A stretch of 64,000 bases of DNA from an uncultured Chloroflexia bacterium (GTDB taxonomy: Bacteria; Chloroflexota; Limnocylindria; Limnocylindrales; CSP1-4). Below, piece by piece: positions 54,558 through 64,000 of the stretch; the stretch's first letter is position 1; each line of letters opens with the position of its first letter. The position numbers were made by a program, and so were the translations under genes. The stretch is taken from positions 192,001 through 256,000 of the forward strand of contig CAVYBU010000004.1 in assembly GCA_963766735.1 (NCBI GenBank). The letters run 5' to 3'. The notes below the pieces were generated by a model. That model searched no databases and had not been told where the DNA came from. It saw only the letters and a program-made list of their open reading frames with translations.

Positions 54558-56252
54558 CTAGCCTGAGCGGTCCCCGTCCACTGCCACCCCCGGGTCCGCC
54601 GCCAGCTCCGGCCCGCGGATCCACGCGTCGCCCGTGAACAGCTCCGGGCGGTGCGTCAGCACGACGACGGTGCGTCCCCGGGTTGCCGCGGGCAGGTCCG
54701 CGACGAACGTGTGGGCGGCGGCCTCGTCAAGGTGCTCCGTGGGCTCGTCCAGGATGAGCACGCGGACGTCCGCGAGGAGTGCCCGGGCGAGCGCGAGACG
54801 CTGGCGCTGACCGCCCGACAGCCGTGCACCATGCTCCCCCACGGCGGTGTCCAGGCCGGCCGGCAGCGCACGCACCCAGTCGAGCAGGCCGGCAGCCCGG
54901 AGTGCGATCTCCAGGGCCGCGGCATCCGCGCCCGGCCGCGCCAGGCGGAGGTTGTCGGCAAGGGTGGCGTCGAAGATGTGCGGGTCCTGCTCGCACAGGC
55001 CGACGGCACGGCGGACATCGTCGCCATCGAGCGTCCGCACGTCGGCCTCGATCTCCGCTCCCACCAGCCGCAGTGACCCGGCGGCCGGCTCCAGGAAGCG
55101 CAGGCAGGCGGCCGCGAACGTGCTCTTGCCGGAACCACTGGGCCCCGTGACCACGATCCGCTCACCCGCCCCGACGGCGAGGTCCATGCGGGACAGGGCA
55201 TCACGGGACGCACCCGGGTAGCGCAGCGTGAGGGCGTCCGCCTGGATCCCCAGGGGGCCGTCCGGCACCGGCTTGAGCGCCGTGGGCTCCGGAACGGGAT
55301 CCGGGCGCCGGAGGATGTCGTCGATGCGGGACGCCGAGGACGCCATGCCCGGCAGCTGCCTCGCGGCCCCGGCCAGCGGGACTGCGACCTCGTGGACGGC
55401 GATCGGCGTCAGGACGACCACCGCGAGCGCCACGCCACCGAGGCTCCCGTCGCGGACGGCGGCAATCCCCAGCAGCAGCGCGCTCCACACGGCCACGCCG
55501 CCCGCGAGGCCGGTGATGAGGCTGCCGATGCCGGCCCCCAGCGCAGACCGCCGTTCGGCTGCGGCCAGGCGCGCGTCGACCTCGGCCGCTGCCGCCAGGA
55601 CTCTCGGGGTCGCGCCCGCCGCCGTGATCTCCGGGGCGCCGTGCAGAAGATCCAGCGCCGTTTCGGCCAGCTCGCCGCGAATCGGGGCCAGCGACCGTTC
55701 CGTTCGACGGGCCACCCCACCGGCAGCCAGCGGTGCGATCAGCGCCGTGACGAGCAGCGTGGCCCCCAGGGCCACACCCGCCATCGGCACCAGCCCGGCG
55801 ATGAACAGCACCGCCCCCGCCGCCACGATCCCCACCGACGCGTACGGAAGCAGGACCCGGAGCCACAGGTCCGCGAGACCGTCCACGTCCCCGACCAGCC
55901 TGGCCAGGAGATCCCCCGACCGGAGCTCCACGAGACCCGCCGGTGCCAGGCGGATCAGTCGCTCGTAGACGGTTGCGCGCAACTCGGCCAGGACCCGGAA
56001 GGCGGCGTCGTGGGCGGCCACTCGCTCCGCGTACCGGAACACGCCGCGCGCGATCCCGAAGGCCCGGACCGCGGTGACCGCGAGCAGCAAGGCGAAGACC
56101 GGGGGCTGCTCGGCCGCCCGCGAGATCAGCCAGGCGGACGTCGCCGAGAGTCCAACCGCTGCACCCCCGGCACCCACGCCGGCGAGGACCGCGAGCAGGA
56201 GGCGCCCCGTGACCGGGCGGCCGATCCGCAGAACCACGATGAGCGGCCTCAC
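54558..56252 (-). CDS. cydC: ABC exporter subunit CydC
   Basis: SAWLISRAA, VRAFGIARGVFRYAER..HD, GPSGSGKS, LSGGQ, DEPTEH. Confidence 0.93.
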   Translation of the reverse strand: MRPLIVVLRIGRPVTGRLLLAVLAGVGAGGAAVGLSATSAWLISRAAEQPPVFALLLAVTAVRAFGIARGVFRYAERVAAHDAAFRVLAELRATVYERLIRLAPAGLVELRSGDLLARLVGDVDGLADLWLRVLLPYASVGIVAAGAVLFIAGLVPMAGVALGATLLVTALIAPLAAGGVARRTERSLAPIRGELAETALDLLHGAPEITAAGATPRVLAAAAEVDARLAAAERRSALGAGIGSLITGLAGGVAVWSALLLGIAAVRDGSLGGVALAVVVLTPIAVHEVAVPLAGAARQLPGMASSASRIDDILRRPDPVPEPTALKPVPDGPLGIQADALTLRYPGASRDALSRMDLAVGAGERIVVTGPSGSGKSTFAAACLRFLEPAAGSLRLVGAEIEADVRTLDGDDVRRAVGLCEQDPHIFDATLADNLRLARPGADAAALEIALRAAGLLDWVRALPAGLDTAVGEHGARLSGGQRQRLALARALLADVRVLILDEPTEHLDEAAAHTFVADLPAATRGRTVVVLTHRPELFTGDAWIRGPELAADPGVAVDGDRSG

Positions 56253-57955
56253 GGGACGGCCGCCGAAGGCGGGGCGGACGATGCCGCCGCCTGCTCGGGC
56301 ACCGTCGCGGCTGGGAGAGCCTCCCACCGGATCGCCACGGCCCGGTCCGCCCCGGCCACCGCGCCGGGCCGGTGGGCCACCAGCAGCACCGCGACGCCCC
56401 GGTCGGCCTCCGCGCGCACGGCCGCCAGCACGGCGGCCTCGGCCGTCTCGTCCAGGCCCGCCGTCGGCTCGTCGAGCAGCAGCACGGTCGCGCCCCGCAC
56501 GAGGGCGCGCGCGATCCCGACGCGGCGACGTTGCCCGCTCGAGAGGCCCCGCCCGCGCTCGCCGAGCACCAGTGCAGGCGCCACGTCGCCCAGCCCCACC
56601 GCCGCGAGGGCCGTCGCGACGTCGTCATGGGAGGCATCCGGTGCACCAAGCCGCACGTTCTCCGCGACGCTCCCGGCGAACAGGTACGGCGCCTGTGGCA
56701 CCCAGGCGACCGTCCGGCGCCAGCCATCGGCATCGAGGTCCCGGACGTCGGTCGTGGATCCGCCCGCCGCCACGACGAGCACCCGTCCCGCCGACGGCTC
56801 GAGCATGGCCAGGATCACGGCCAGGAGGGTGCTCTTGCCGGCACCGCTGGGGCCCGTGACCGCCACCACCTCGCCCGGCCGCACGACCAGCGACGCTCCC
56901 GCGGGCGCCGCCGCCTCACGCCCCGGCTGCTCGACCCACAGGTCCTCCACCGCCAGGCCGAGCGGCCCGTGGGGCACCGCCAGCCCCCGCCCGGGCGCCA
57001 CCTGCGGTGCGTCGATGATCGCGAAGGCCCCCGCGGCCGCCGCGAGCCCCTCCTCGCTCGCGTGGAACTCCGAGCCCAGGCGCCGGAGCGGCAGGTACGC
57101 CTCGGGCGCGAGGATCAGCGCGAACAGCCCGGCCTCCAGGGTCATCCCGCCGACGTCCAGCCTCAGCCCGATCCCCACGGCCACGAGCGCGATGGAGATC
57201 GTGGCCAGCAGCTCCAGGGTCAGCGCGGAGAGGAACGCCACCCGGAGCGTCGCCATCGTCGTGGAGCGGTACGTGTCGGTGATCCGCCGCAGGACGTCCA
57301 CCTGGGTCGCGGCCCCGCCGTAGGCGCGCAGGGTCGGCAGCCCCGCCACGACGTCCGTGAACCGGTGGGCGAGGCGCGCGAGCGCCGCCCAGCGCCGGGC
57401 GCGATGGGCCGCGGACATGCGCCCGATCAGCACCATGAACAGCGGGATCAGCGGCACCGTCAGCAGCACCGTCAGGGCCGCGATCCCGTCGATCGCGAAC
57501 AGGCACGCGATGACCGCCACCGGCACGGTCGCCGCGAGCCCCAGCTGCGGGAGGTACCGCCCGTAGTAGCCGTCGAGTGCGTCGAGGCCGCGGGTGGCCA
57601 GCAGGACCACCTCGCCACTTGCCTGCCCCGCCGCCCAGCGCGGCCCCAACCCCACCGCACGCGCCAGCAGCCGCTCGCGCAGGTCGCGCTTGACGATGCC
57701 GCTGATCCGCTGGGCGGCGACCTCCGAGAACCACCCCAGGAGGGACCGGGCGACCAGCACCAGGGCCAGCGCGGCCAGGGCCGGAGCGAGGTCCACCGCA
57801 TCCTCGCCGCCCATGAAGGCGCCCGCGAGGCATCGGGCCAGGAGCCCCGCCTGGGCGACCGCGAGCAGCGCGCTCGCGACGCCGAGCCCCACGGCCGCGA
57901 CGAGCCCGGACGTGGCCGCCCTCCCCGAGGCGAGGAGACGGCGGTGGAGGTTCAC
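56249..57955 (-). CDS. cydD: ABC exporter subunit CydD
   Basis: YYGRYLPQL, PLIPLFMVLIG, TLRVAFLS, APEAYLPLR, Walker A and B. Confidence 0.94.
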   Translation of the reverse strand: MNLHRRLLASGRAATSGLVAAVGLGVASALLAVAQAGLLARCLAGAFMGGEDAVDLAPALAALALVLVARSLLGWFSEVAAQRISGIVKRDLRERLLARAVGLGPRWAAGQASGEVVLLATRGLDALDGYYGRYLPQLGLAATVPVAVIACLFAIDGIAALTVLLTVPLIPLFMVLIGRMSAAHRARRWAALARLAHRFTDVVAGLPTLRAYGGAATQVDVLRRITDTYRSTTMATLRVAFLSALTLELLATISIALVAVGIGLRLDVGGMTLEAGLFALILAPEAYLPLRRLGSEFHASEEGLAAAAGAFAIIDAPQVAPGRGLAVPHGPLGLAVEDLWVEQPGREAAAPAGASLVVRPGEVVAVTGPSGAGKSTLLAVILAMLEPSAGRVLVVAAGGSTTDVRDLDADGWRRTVAWVPQAPYLFAGSVAENVRLGAPDASHDDVATALAAVGLGDVAPALVLGERGRGLSSGQRRRVGIARALVRGATVLLLDEPTAGLDETAEAAVLAAVRAEADRGVAVLLVAHRPGAVAGADRAVAIRWEALPAATVPEQAAASSAPPSAAVP

Positions 57956-58031
57956 GACGCGGCCTGGGACGTGCCCTGACCCTCGGCCCGGGGCATGGAC
58001 CGACTCCCGGCCGGGGACGCGGTCGAATGCC

Positions 58032-59033
58032 TCAGGGTGTCGCGGTCTCGCGGGAGACGGTGACGCGCTTGCGGAAGACCCAGTACGTCCACCCCTGGTA
58101 GACCAGGACCAGCGGCGTGAACACCACGGCCACCGCGGTCATGATCGTGAGGGTATACGGGGTCGAGGCCGCGTTGGTGGTCGTGAGGCTGAAGGCCGGG
58201 TCCGTCGAGGACGGCATCACGTCCGGGAACAGCGCCAGGAACAGGCTCGCCACGGCGAGCGCGATCGTGGCCGTGGAGCCGATGAACGCCCACCCCTCCC
58301 GGCGGAACCTCGCCGCGACCAGCGCGCCCACGAAGGCGATTGCCGCGATCACGGAGACGACGATCGAGAGCGTGGTGCCGGTCTGGGCGTTGGCCCAGGC
58401 GAGGAACGCGACGGCGACCACGGCCGTGGGCAGCCCCACCTTCGGCACCAGGCCGGCTGCGCGCTCACGGATCACACCGTCGGTCTTGAGGCTCAGGAAC
58501 ACGAGGCCGTGGGTGATGAACAGGAGCAGGGTGGTCAGGCCGCCCAGGAGCCCGAACGGGTTGAGCAACGTGAGCAGGCTCCCGGTGAACTCCTTGTCGG
58601 CGTCGATCGGGACTCCCGCCACGATGTTCGCGAAGGCGACACCCCACAGGACGGCCGGCAGGAGGCTGCCCACCGCGATCAGGACGTCCATGCGCCCGCG
58701 CCAGGCGAGATCGCCGCGCTTGTTGCGGTACTCGATCCCGATGCCCCGGATGATCAGCCCGACCAGGATCAGGAACAGGGCCAGGTAGAACCCTGAGAAC
58801 AGCGTGGCGTACCACTCCGGGAACGCCGCGAACATGGCGCCGCCGGCGACCAGGACCCACACCTCGTTCCCGTCCCAGACGGGGCCGATCGTGCGGATCA
58901 TCGCCCGCCGTTCGGGCTCGTTCCTGCCGATGACGTGAAGCAGGATGCCAACGCCGAAGTCGAAGCCCTCGAGAACGAAGTAGCCGATGAACAGGATCGC
59001 GATCAGCGCGAACCAGATGGTCGTGAGCTCCAT
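58032..59033 (-). CDS. cydB: Cytochrome bd oxidase subunit II
   Basis: LEGFDFGVG, PVWDGNEVW, FAAFPEWY. Confidence 0.97.
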   Translation of the reverse strand: MELTTIWFALIAILFIGYFVLEGFDFGVGILLHVIGRNEPERRAMIRTIGPVWDGNEVWVLVAGGAMFAAFPEWYATLFSGFYLALFLILVGLIIRGIGIEYRNKRGDLAWRGRMDVLIAVGSLLPAVLWGVAFANIVAGVPIDADKEFTGSLLTLLNPFGLLGGLTTLLLFITHGLVFLSLKTDGVIRERAAGLVPKVGLPTAVVAVAFLAWANAQTGTTLSIVVSVIAAIAFVGALVAARFRREGWAFIGSTATIALAVASLFLALFPDVMPSSTDPAFSLTTTNAASTPYTLTIMTAVAVVFTPLVLVYQGWTYWVFRKRVTVSRETATP

Positions 59034-59042
59034 GCCGTTCCC

Positions 59043-60449
59043 CTAGTACCCGAGCCCGAGCGCCGGCTCGGCCTCGTGCTCGAAGCCGCGATCAGACGTG
59101 GCCGGCGGCAGGCCCGCCCGCACGCGCCGCACGACCAGGCCCACCATCACCACCGCGAGCACGCCGTAGAGCAGCGTGAAGCCCACCATCGTGATGAGCA
59201 CCTCGGCGACGCTGGTGGTCGGTGAGACCCCGTTCGAAGTCCACATGAGGCCGTACACGATCCACGGCTGGCGGCCGATCTCCGTGAACAGCCAGCCGAA
59301 CGAGTTGGCGGCCAGGGGCAAGAACGGCAGGAGCGCCGCGACCAGCACCGTCCGCCCGGCCGGCGTGCGGCCCTTGCGCATCCGGAACAGGAACCAGGCC
59401 GCCGCGAGAGCCGCCAGCGCGCCCATCCCGATCATCCACCGGAAGGTCCAGTACGTCACCGGTGTGTTCGGGGTGTAGTCGCCGGGGCCGAACAGGGCCT
59501 CCTCCCGCGCCTGGATGTCGTTGATGCCCTCGACCTTGCCGTCGAAGGTGCCCGTGGCGAGGAACGAGAGGAGGTACGGGATCCGGATCGAGAACAGCTC
59601 CTCCGTGCCATCCGGGGTGCCGATCGTGAAGATCGAGAAGGACGCGGGCTGCTCGGTCTCCCAGAGCGCCTCGGCGGCGGCCATCTTCATCGGCTGCTGC
59701 TCGGTCATGATCTTGCCCTGGATGTCGCCCGTGATCGCGACCAGCAGGCCCGACACCAGCAGCATGACCGCGCCGGCCTTGGCGGCCGACCGGAAGGGCG
59801 CGGCTTCCTCGGGCCGCTCCCGATCCTTGAGCATGCGGTACATCGCGATCCCGGCGAGGAAGGCGCCGGTCGTCATGAACGCGGCCGAGATCGTGTGCGG
59901 GAAGGTGATCAGGTTCGTGCTGTTGGTGAGGAGGGCGAGGAAGTCGGTGAGCTCCGCGCGGCCGGTCGCCGGGTTGTACTCGTACCCGACGGGATGCTGC
60001 ATCCAGGAGTTGGCGGCCAGGATGAAGTACGCGGAGAGCACCGTGCCGACGGCGGCGATCCAGATCGTGGCCAGGTGGACCCGCTTGCTGAGGCGGTCCC
60101 AGCCGAAGATCCACAGGCCCAGGAACGTGGACTCGAGGAAGAACGCCAGCAGGCCCTCGATCGCCAGCGGGGCACCGAAGATGTCGCCCACGAAACGGCT
60201 GTAGCTGCTCCAGTTCATGCCGAACTGGAACTCCTGCACGATGCCCGTGACGAGGCCCAGGGCGAAGTTGATGAGGAACAGCTCGCCGAAGAACCGCGTG
60301 AGCCGCAGGTACGAGTCCTTGCCGGTCCTGTACCAGGCCGTCTGGAACCCGGCGACCGTGAACGCGAGGCCGATTGTCAGCGGGACGAACAGGAAGTGGT
60401 AGACGGTGACGATGCCGAACTGCCACCGCGCGAGCATCAGCGGATCCAC
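59043..60449 (-). CDS. cydA: Cytochrome bd oxidase subunit I
   Basis: ARWQF..HFLFVP, QEFQFGMNW, QPMKMAAAE, EIGRQPW. Confidence 0.97.
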   Translation of the reverse strand: MDPLMLARWQFGIVTVYHFLFVPLTIGLAFTVAGFQTAWYRTGKDSYLRLTRFFGELFLINFALGLVTGIVQEFQFGMNWSSYSRFVGDIFGAPLAIEGLLAFFLESTFLGLWIFGWDRLSKRVHLATIWIAAVGTVLSAYFILAANSWMQHPVGYEYNPATGRAELTDFLALLTNSTNLITFPHTISAAFMTTGAFLAGIAMYRMLKDRERPEEAAPFRSAAKAGAVMLLVSGLLVAITGDIQGKIMTEQQPMKMAAAEALWETEQPASFSIFTIGTPDGTEELFSIRIPYLLSFLATGTFDGKVEGINDIQAREEALFGPGDYTPNTPVTYWTFRWMIGMGALAALAAAWFLFRMRKGRTPAGRTVLVAALLPFLPLAANSFGWLFTEIGRQPWIVYGLMWTSNGVSPTTSVAEVLITMVGFTLLYGVLAVVMVGLVVRRVRAGLPPATSDRGFEHEAEPALGLGY

Positions 60450-60626
60450 GGGCTCTGGAACTCCTCCTGGGACGCGGCTGGTTCAGGAGGAGGGTGCCCG
60501 AAAGGCATCGCCGCGTGATCGGCCGAAGGACCCGAAGGGAGCCGCCCGCCGCAGGTCATGCGGGGGCCGAGGGTCCCGCGACCCGTCGGGCCGGTTGGCC
60601 GCCAGGCCCCTGGGGTCGCGCGGACC

Positions 60627-61280
60627 TCAGGCCGGGTCGGAACGGTCCTCGATCTCCCACGCGTGATCGAGGGCGTGCCAGGCGATTCGGCGCGCGGCGT
60701 ACCGGGGCGGCCACTTCTTCCCGGCGACGGGCGAGCCGTCCGAGGGACGGCGCAGGACGTCGAGGATGTCTTCGCGCATCGTCGTGATCGCGGCCGGATC
60801 GACCGGCCTGTGCTTGCGGCCCATCACGGCGGCGTAGGCAGCGTCGGCATCGATGACGTGCTGCACCACCTTGGAGCGGTCCCGGCCACCACCGCGCGGT
60901 CCCTTGCGGAGCGCCTCCGGCGCCTTCGCCGCGATCCGGTCGAACTCCACCCAGGACGCCTCGACCAGCGCAGCAAGGCGCCCGGCCGCCACCGCATCCA
61001 CCGGCGCCCGGTCCGACTCCGCGATGATCGCGGGGACACCGAACTCGGTGCTGGCGTTGCCCTCGGTACGCTCGACCACCTCGATGGCGAGGTCGTCAGA
61101 CGAGAATGCGAGGCCCGCCTCCGCCGCGACCTTCGCGTATCGGGGAACCGAGGCCAGCAGCGCCTCGGCGGCCATCTCCTCCGTCTTCCCGCCACGCGAG
61201 AGGCCGGGCCAGTCCAGGGCCGACACGAAGACCTTCTTCGGGGTGGACTCGACGAGGACGCGGATCGAGGTTCGGCTCAT
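60627..61280 (-). CDS. Conserved hypothetical protein
   Basis: Globular-looking ORF (ALDWPGLSRGGK, RRIAWHALDHAWEIEDR); ATG 7 nt after CATACT. Confidence 0.8.
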   Translation of the reverse strand: MSRTSIRVLVESTPKKVFVSALDWPGLSRGGKTEEMAAEALLASVPRYAKVAAEAGLAFSSDDLAIEVVERTEGNASTEFGVPAIIAESDRAPVDAVAAGRLAALVEASWVEFDRIAAKAPEALRKGPRGGGRDRSKVVQHVIDADAAYAAVMGRKHRPVDPAAITTMREDILDVLRRPSDGSPVAGKKWPPRYAARRIAWHALDHAWEIEDRSDPA

Positions 61281-61319
61281 GACGTCCAGTATGGCCGCCG
61301 CGGGCGATAGGCTGGTGCC

Positions 61320-62201
61320 ATGCCGACGATCTCGTTCTCGTCCGATCCCGCCGCGATCGACGTGGGCGAAGGCCTGTCGATCTCCGCCCGGTACTGGCGC
61401 GCGACGGCCGACCTGTGGACGCTGCCCGTGGCCATCGTGGCGGCTGTGACGGCGGTGGCGACATGGGTGATCGCGAGCTTCATGCCGGCTCCGGCGGCCC
61501 TGCCCACCGAGTACCTGCCGGACATGGACCTCCTTGCCACGATCGGGCCGTTCCTGCCGCAGCTGGTCGTGAGCACGATCATCATCGGCACGGCGACGAT
61601 GCTCGCGGGCTGGGTCTATCTCGCGATCGCCATCGCCGGCCTGCGCGGCTATCGGGTGATGCCCGGCTGGATCATCCGGCGCGGGGTGCGCGCCTTTGCC
61701 GCGGACCTGCTCGTCACCGTCGCCTTCGCGGCGATCTTCGGGCTCCTCGCGCTGCTCTCGCTCTCCGGCGGACTCGGCCTCGTCGCCATCATCGTGGTCA
61801 CGGCATTCGTGCCGGCGATCTACGTTTCGATCCGGCTGATCTTCTGGTCGCTGGCGATCTTCGACGGAGCCGACATCGTCGGCGGTCTCCACGCGACATG
61901 GAGGATCTCGCGTGGCGCGGTCGCCCGGATGCTGGGCTGGGGGCTCCTCGTCGGGGCCATCGGGTGGATGGTCCGCGCGGCGGCCGAATTCGTGACGACG
62001 CCCCTTGGGGACGCGAACCCGGTCCGGGCCGGGATCACGGCCGCGGCCACGGAGGCGTTCGCGGCATACGGAACGATCGCGCTCGCCGTCATCTACGAGA
62101 GCCAGCGCCGGCGGGCAATCCTGGCATCACCCGCGGCAGCGCCCGCGGGGCCCCCTCCATCGTCGAGCCAGGTCGGTCCGCCGCCCCCTCCTCCTCGCTG
62201 A
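61320..62201 (+). CDS. Multi-pass membrane protein
   Basis: About six hydrophobic segments; ATG 6 nt after TAGGCT. Confidence 0.8.
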   Translation: MPTISFSSDPAAIDVGEGLSISARYWRATADLWTLPVAIVAAVTAVATWVIASFMPAPAALPTEYLPDMDLLATIGPFLPQLVVSTIIIGTATMLAGWVYLAIAIAGLRGYRVMPGWIIRRGVRAFAADLLVTVAFAAIFGLLALLSLSGGLGLVAIIVVTAFVPAIYVSIRLIFWSLAIFDGADIVGGLHATWRISRGAVARMLGWGLLVGAIGWMVRAAAEFVTTPLGDANPVRAGITAAATEAFAAYGTIALAVIYESQRRRAILASPAAAPAGPPPSSSQVGPPPPPPR

Positions 62202-62219
62202 GAGTCGCCCGGCGGGAGA

Positions 62220-63065
62220 TCAGACGCGCGTCGCGGCCCGCAGCTTCATCACGAGCGACGCCAGGGCGGAGGTGTTCCGGCCGTCCGGGCCCAGGGCGTC
62301 CACCAGCGCAGAGGCGACGATGACTCCGTCCGCACCCGCCCTTGCGATCGCCCGAACGTGCGCCGGCTTCGACACCCCGAACCCGACCGCGACCGGCACG
62401 GGCGAGACCGCAGTCACGTCCCGGACCAGCTTCGCGACGCTGGTTGGCAGCGACGTCCGGGCACCGGTCACACCGACCAGGGAGACGCAGTAGAGGAACC
62501 CGCCGCTCCGGGCCGCGACGGCGGCACGCCTGGCAGGCGTGGAGGTCGGGGCAACCAGGTACACGACCGCAATACCGGCATCGGCGGCCACCGCCTCGAA
62601 CGGCCCGCCCTCGTCGGGGGTGAGGTCCGCCACGATGACGCCGGCAACGCCGGCCTTCGCCAGGCCGCGCGCCCGGTCCCGGCCATCGCCGCCGCCGATG
62701 AGCTGGTTCGCGTAACCCATCGCAACCACGGGAACGGCGGGGCGAGCCGCGGCGATCCGCGCGGTCAGGGCCAGCGACCGGTCGAACGTGGCGCCCGCCG
62801 CCAGCGCACCCTGGGACGCCCGCTGGAGCGTGGCCCCGTCCGCGAGCGGGTCCGAGTACGGCAGGCCGACCTCGAGCAGGTCCGCCCCTGCATCGATCGC
62901 CCCGCACGCGGCGGCAAAGGAGGCCTCCGCGTCCGGGTAGCCCGCCACGACGTACGGGATCAGGGCCGCGCGCCCATCGGCGCGGGCCCTGGCAAAGGCG
63001 GCCGCGATCCGGCGGGCACCGGCCGTGTCGTTGGTGTGGGCCGGGACCTGCGCCGTGAGGTTCAT
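62220..63065 (-). CDS. trpA: Tryptophan synthase alpha subunit
   Basis: [30 protein letters not shown]. Confidence 0.96.
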   Translation of the reverse strand: MNLTAQVPAHTNDTAGARRIAAAFARARADGRAALIPYVVAGYPDAEASFAAACGAIDAGADLLEVGLPYSDPLADGATLQRASQGALAAGATFDRSLALTARIAAARPAVPVVAMGYANQLIGGGDGRDRARGLAKAGVAGVIVADLTPDEGGPFEAVAADAGIAVVYLVAPTSTPARRAAVAARSGGFLYCVSLVGVTGARTSLPTSVAKLVRDVTAVSPVPVAVGFGVSKPAHVRAIARAGADGVIVASALVDALGPDGRNTSALASLVMKLRAATRV

Positions 63066-64000
63066 CGGACCCCCTCCCAGGGATCGACGTCGGCGAACCG
63101 CTCCAGCGCATCCATATCCTTGTCGCCGCGTCCCGAGAACCCGACCAGGATCACCGAGCCCTCCGCGTACGGCAGCCCGGATCCCTCGAGCCCGGCCAGC
63201 AGCTTCGGCAACGCAGCCACCGCGTGCGAGGTCTCGAGCGCGGGCAGGATGCCCTCGAGCCTGGTCACCGTCTTCATCGCCGCGATCGCCTCGCGGTCCG
63301 TGGCCGTCCCCACCTCCATCCGCCCGGCCTCGGCGAGCGCCGCCAGCTGCGGGCCGACGCCCGGGTAGTCCAGGCCGGCCGACGCGCTGTGCGCTTCGAC
63401 CACCTGCCCGTCGCGGTCCTGGAGCATCAGCGAGCGGGATCCGTGGAGGATCCCCGGCGTCCCGCCCACGATGGCGGCCGCGTGACGCCCGGTCTCCACG
63501 CCGTCGCCCGCGGCCTCGGCCACCGCCAGGCGAACGGCCGGCTCGCCGATGAACCGGGCCAGCAGGCCGATGGCGTTCGATCCGCCGCCGACGCAGGCGA
63601 GCGCGAGATCCGGCAGCCGGCCCTCCACGGCGCTCAGCTGGGCCGCGGCCTCGTCGCCGATGCGGCGTTGCAGGTCTCGCACGATCGTGGGGTACGGGTG
63701 CGGGCCCATCGCGCTGCCCAGGACGTAGTGCGTGGTCTCGACGTTGGTCACCCAGTCGCGCATCGCCTCGTTGACCGCGTCCTTGAGGGTGGCTGTGCCG
63801 GACGTGACGGACCGGACCTCCGTGCCCAGGGCCCGCATCCGGAGCACGTTCGGAGCCTGGCGGCGGATGTCCTCCTCGCCCATGAACACGACGCACGGCA
63901 GGCCGAGGAGGGCGCAGGCCGTCGCCGTCGCGACGCCGTGCTGGCCCGCGCCGGTCTCCGCGATGACGCGTGTCTTGCCCAGCCGGCGCGTGAGCAGCGC
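63062..64000 (-). CDS. trpB: Tryptophan synthase beta subunit (5' part outside the window)
   Basis: [43 protein letters not shown]. Confidence 0.97.
   Translation of the reverse strand, partial: ALLTRRLGKTRVIAETGAGQHGVATATACALLGLPCVVFMGEEDIRRQAPNVLRMRALGTEVRSVTSGTATLKDAVNEAMRDWVTNVETTHYVLGSAMGPHPYPTIVRDLQRRIGDEAAAQLSAVEGRLPDLALACVGGGSNAIGLLARFIGEPAVRLAVAEAAGDGVETGRHAAAIVGGTPGILHGSRSLMLQDRDGQVVEAHSASAGLDYPGVGPQLAALAEAGRMEVGTATDREAIAAMKTVTRLEGILPALETSHAVAALPKLLAGLEGSGLPYAEGSVILVGFSGRGDKDMDALERFADVDPWEGVR

Overview
High-GC bacterial chromosome segment. The 16S sequence and gene content look like Chloroflexota, probably KD4-96/Ellin6529 (Limnocylindria); this is recognition only, not a database result. 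Left to right: a housekeeping block (rlmB, cysS, ispDF, PIN/TRAM, radA, clpC, rpsA, fpg-like, LysM); a complete minus-strand rRNA operon (16S, tRNA-Ile, tRNA-Ala, 23S, 5S); recR-ybaB-dnaX with a large SRP RNA, two tRNA-Ser and a tadA homolog; a PPi-type PFK; a teichoic-acid-like CDP-polyol locus; tRNA-Ser(GCT) and tRNA-Arg(GCG); an hdrCBA-mvhDGA hydrogenase operon with maturation genes; a shikimate superoperon with a leader-peptide attenuator; cydABDC; and trpBA. Best leads: (1) the TadA has its catalytic Glu replaced by Val (HAV, as in Tad3/ADAT3) and the tRNA-Arg anticodon is GCG rather than ACG; (2) a Tyr/Phe leader peptide MYAIYLFTCPA missed by the ORF track, with terminator and antiterminator; (3) ribosomal protein S1 with a ~230-aa acidic tandem-repeat tail, plus an H54a-like 23S insertion; (4) Mvh-Hdr with a HypA lacking the zinc finger; (5) the teichoic-acid-like locus. 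No integrase, transposase or CRISPR array was seen.
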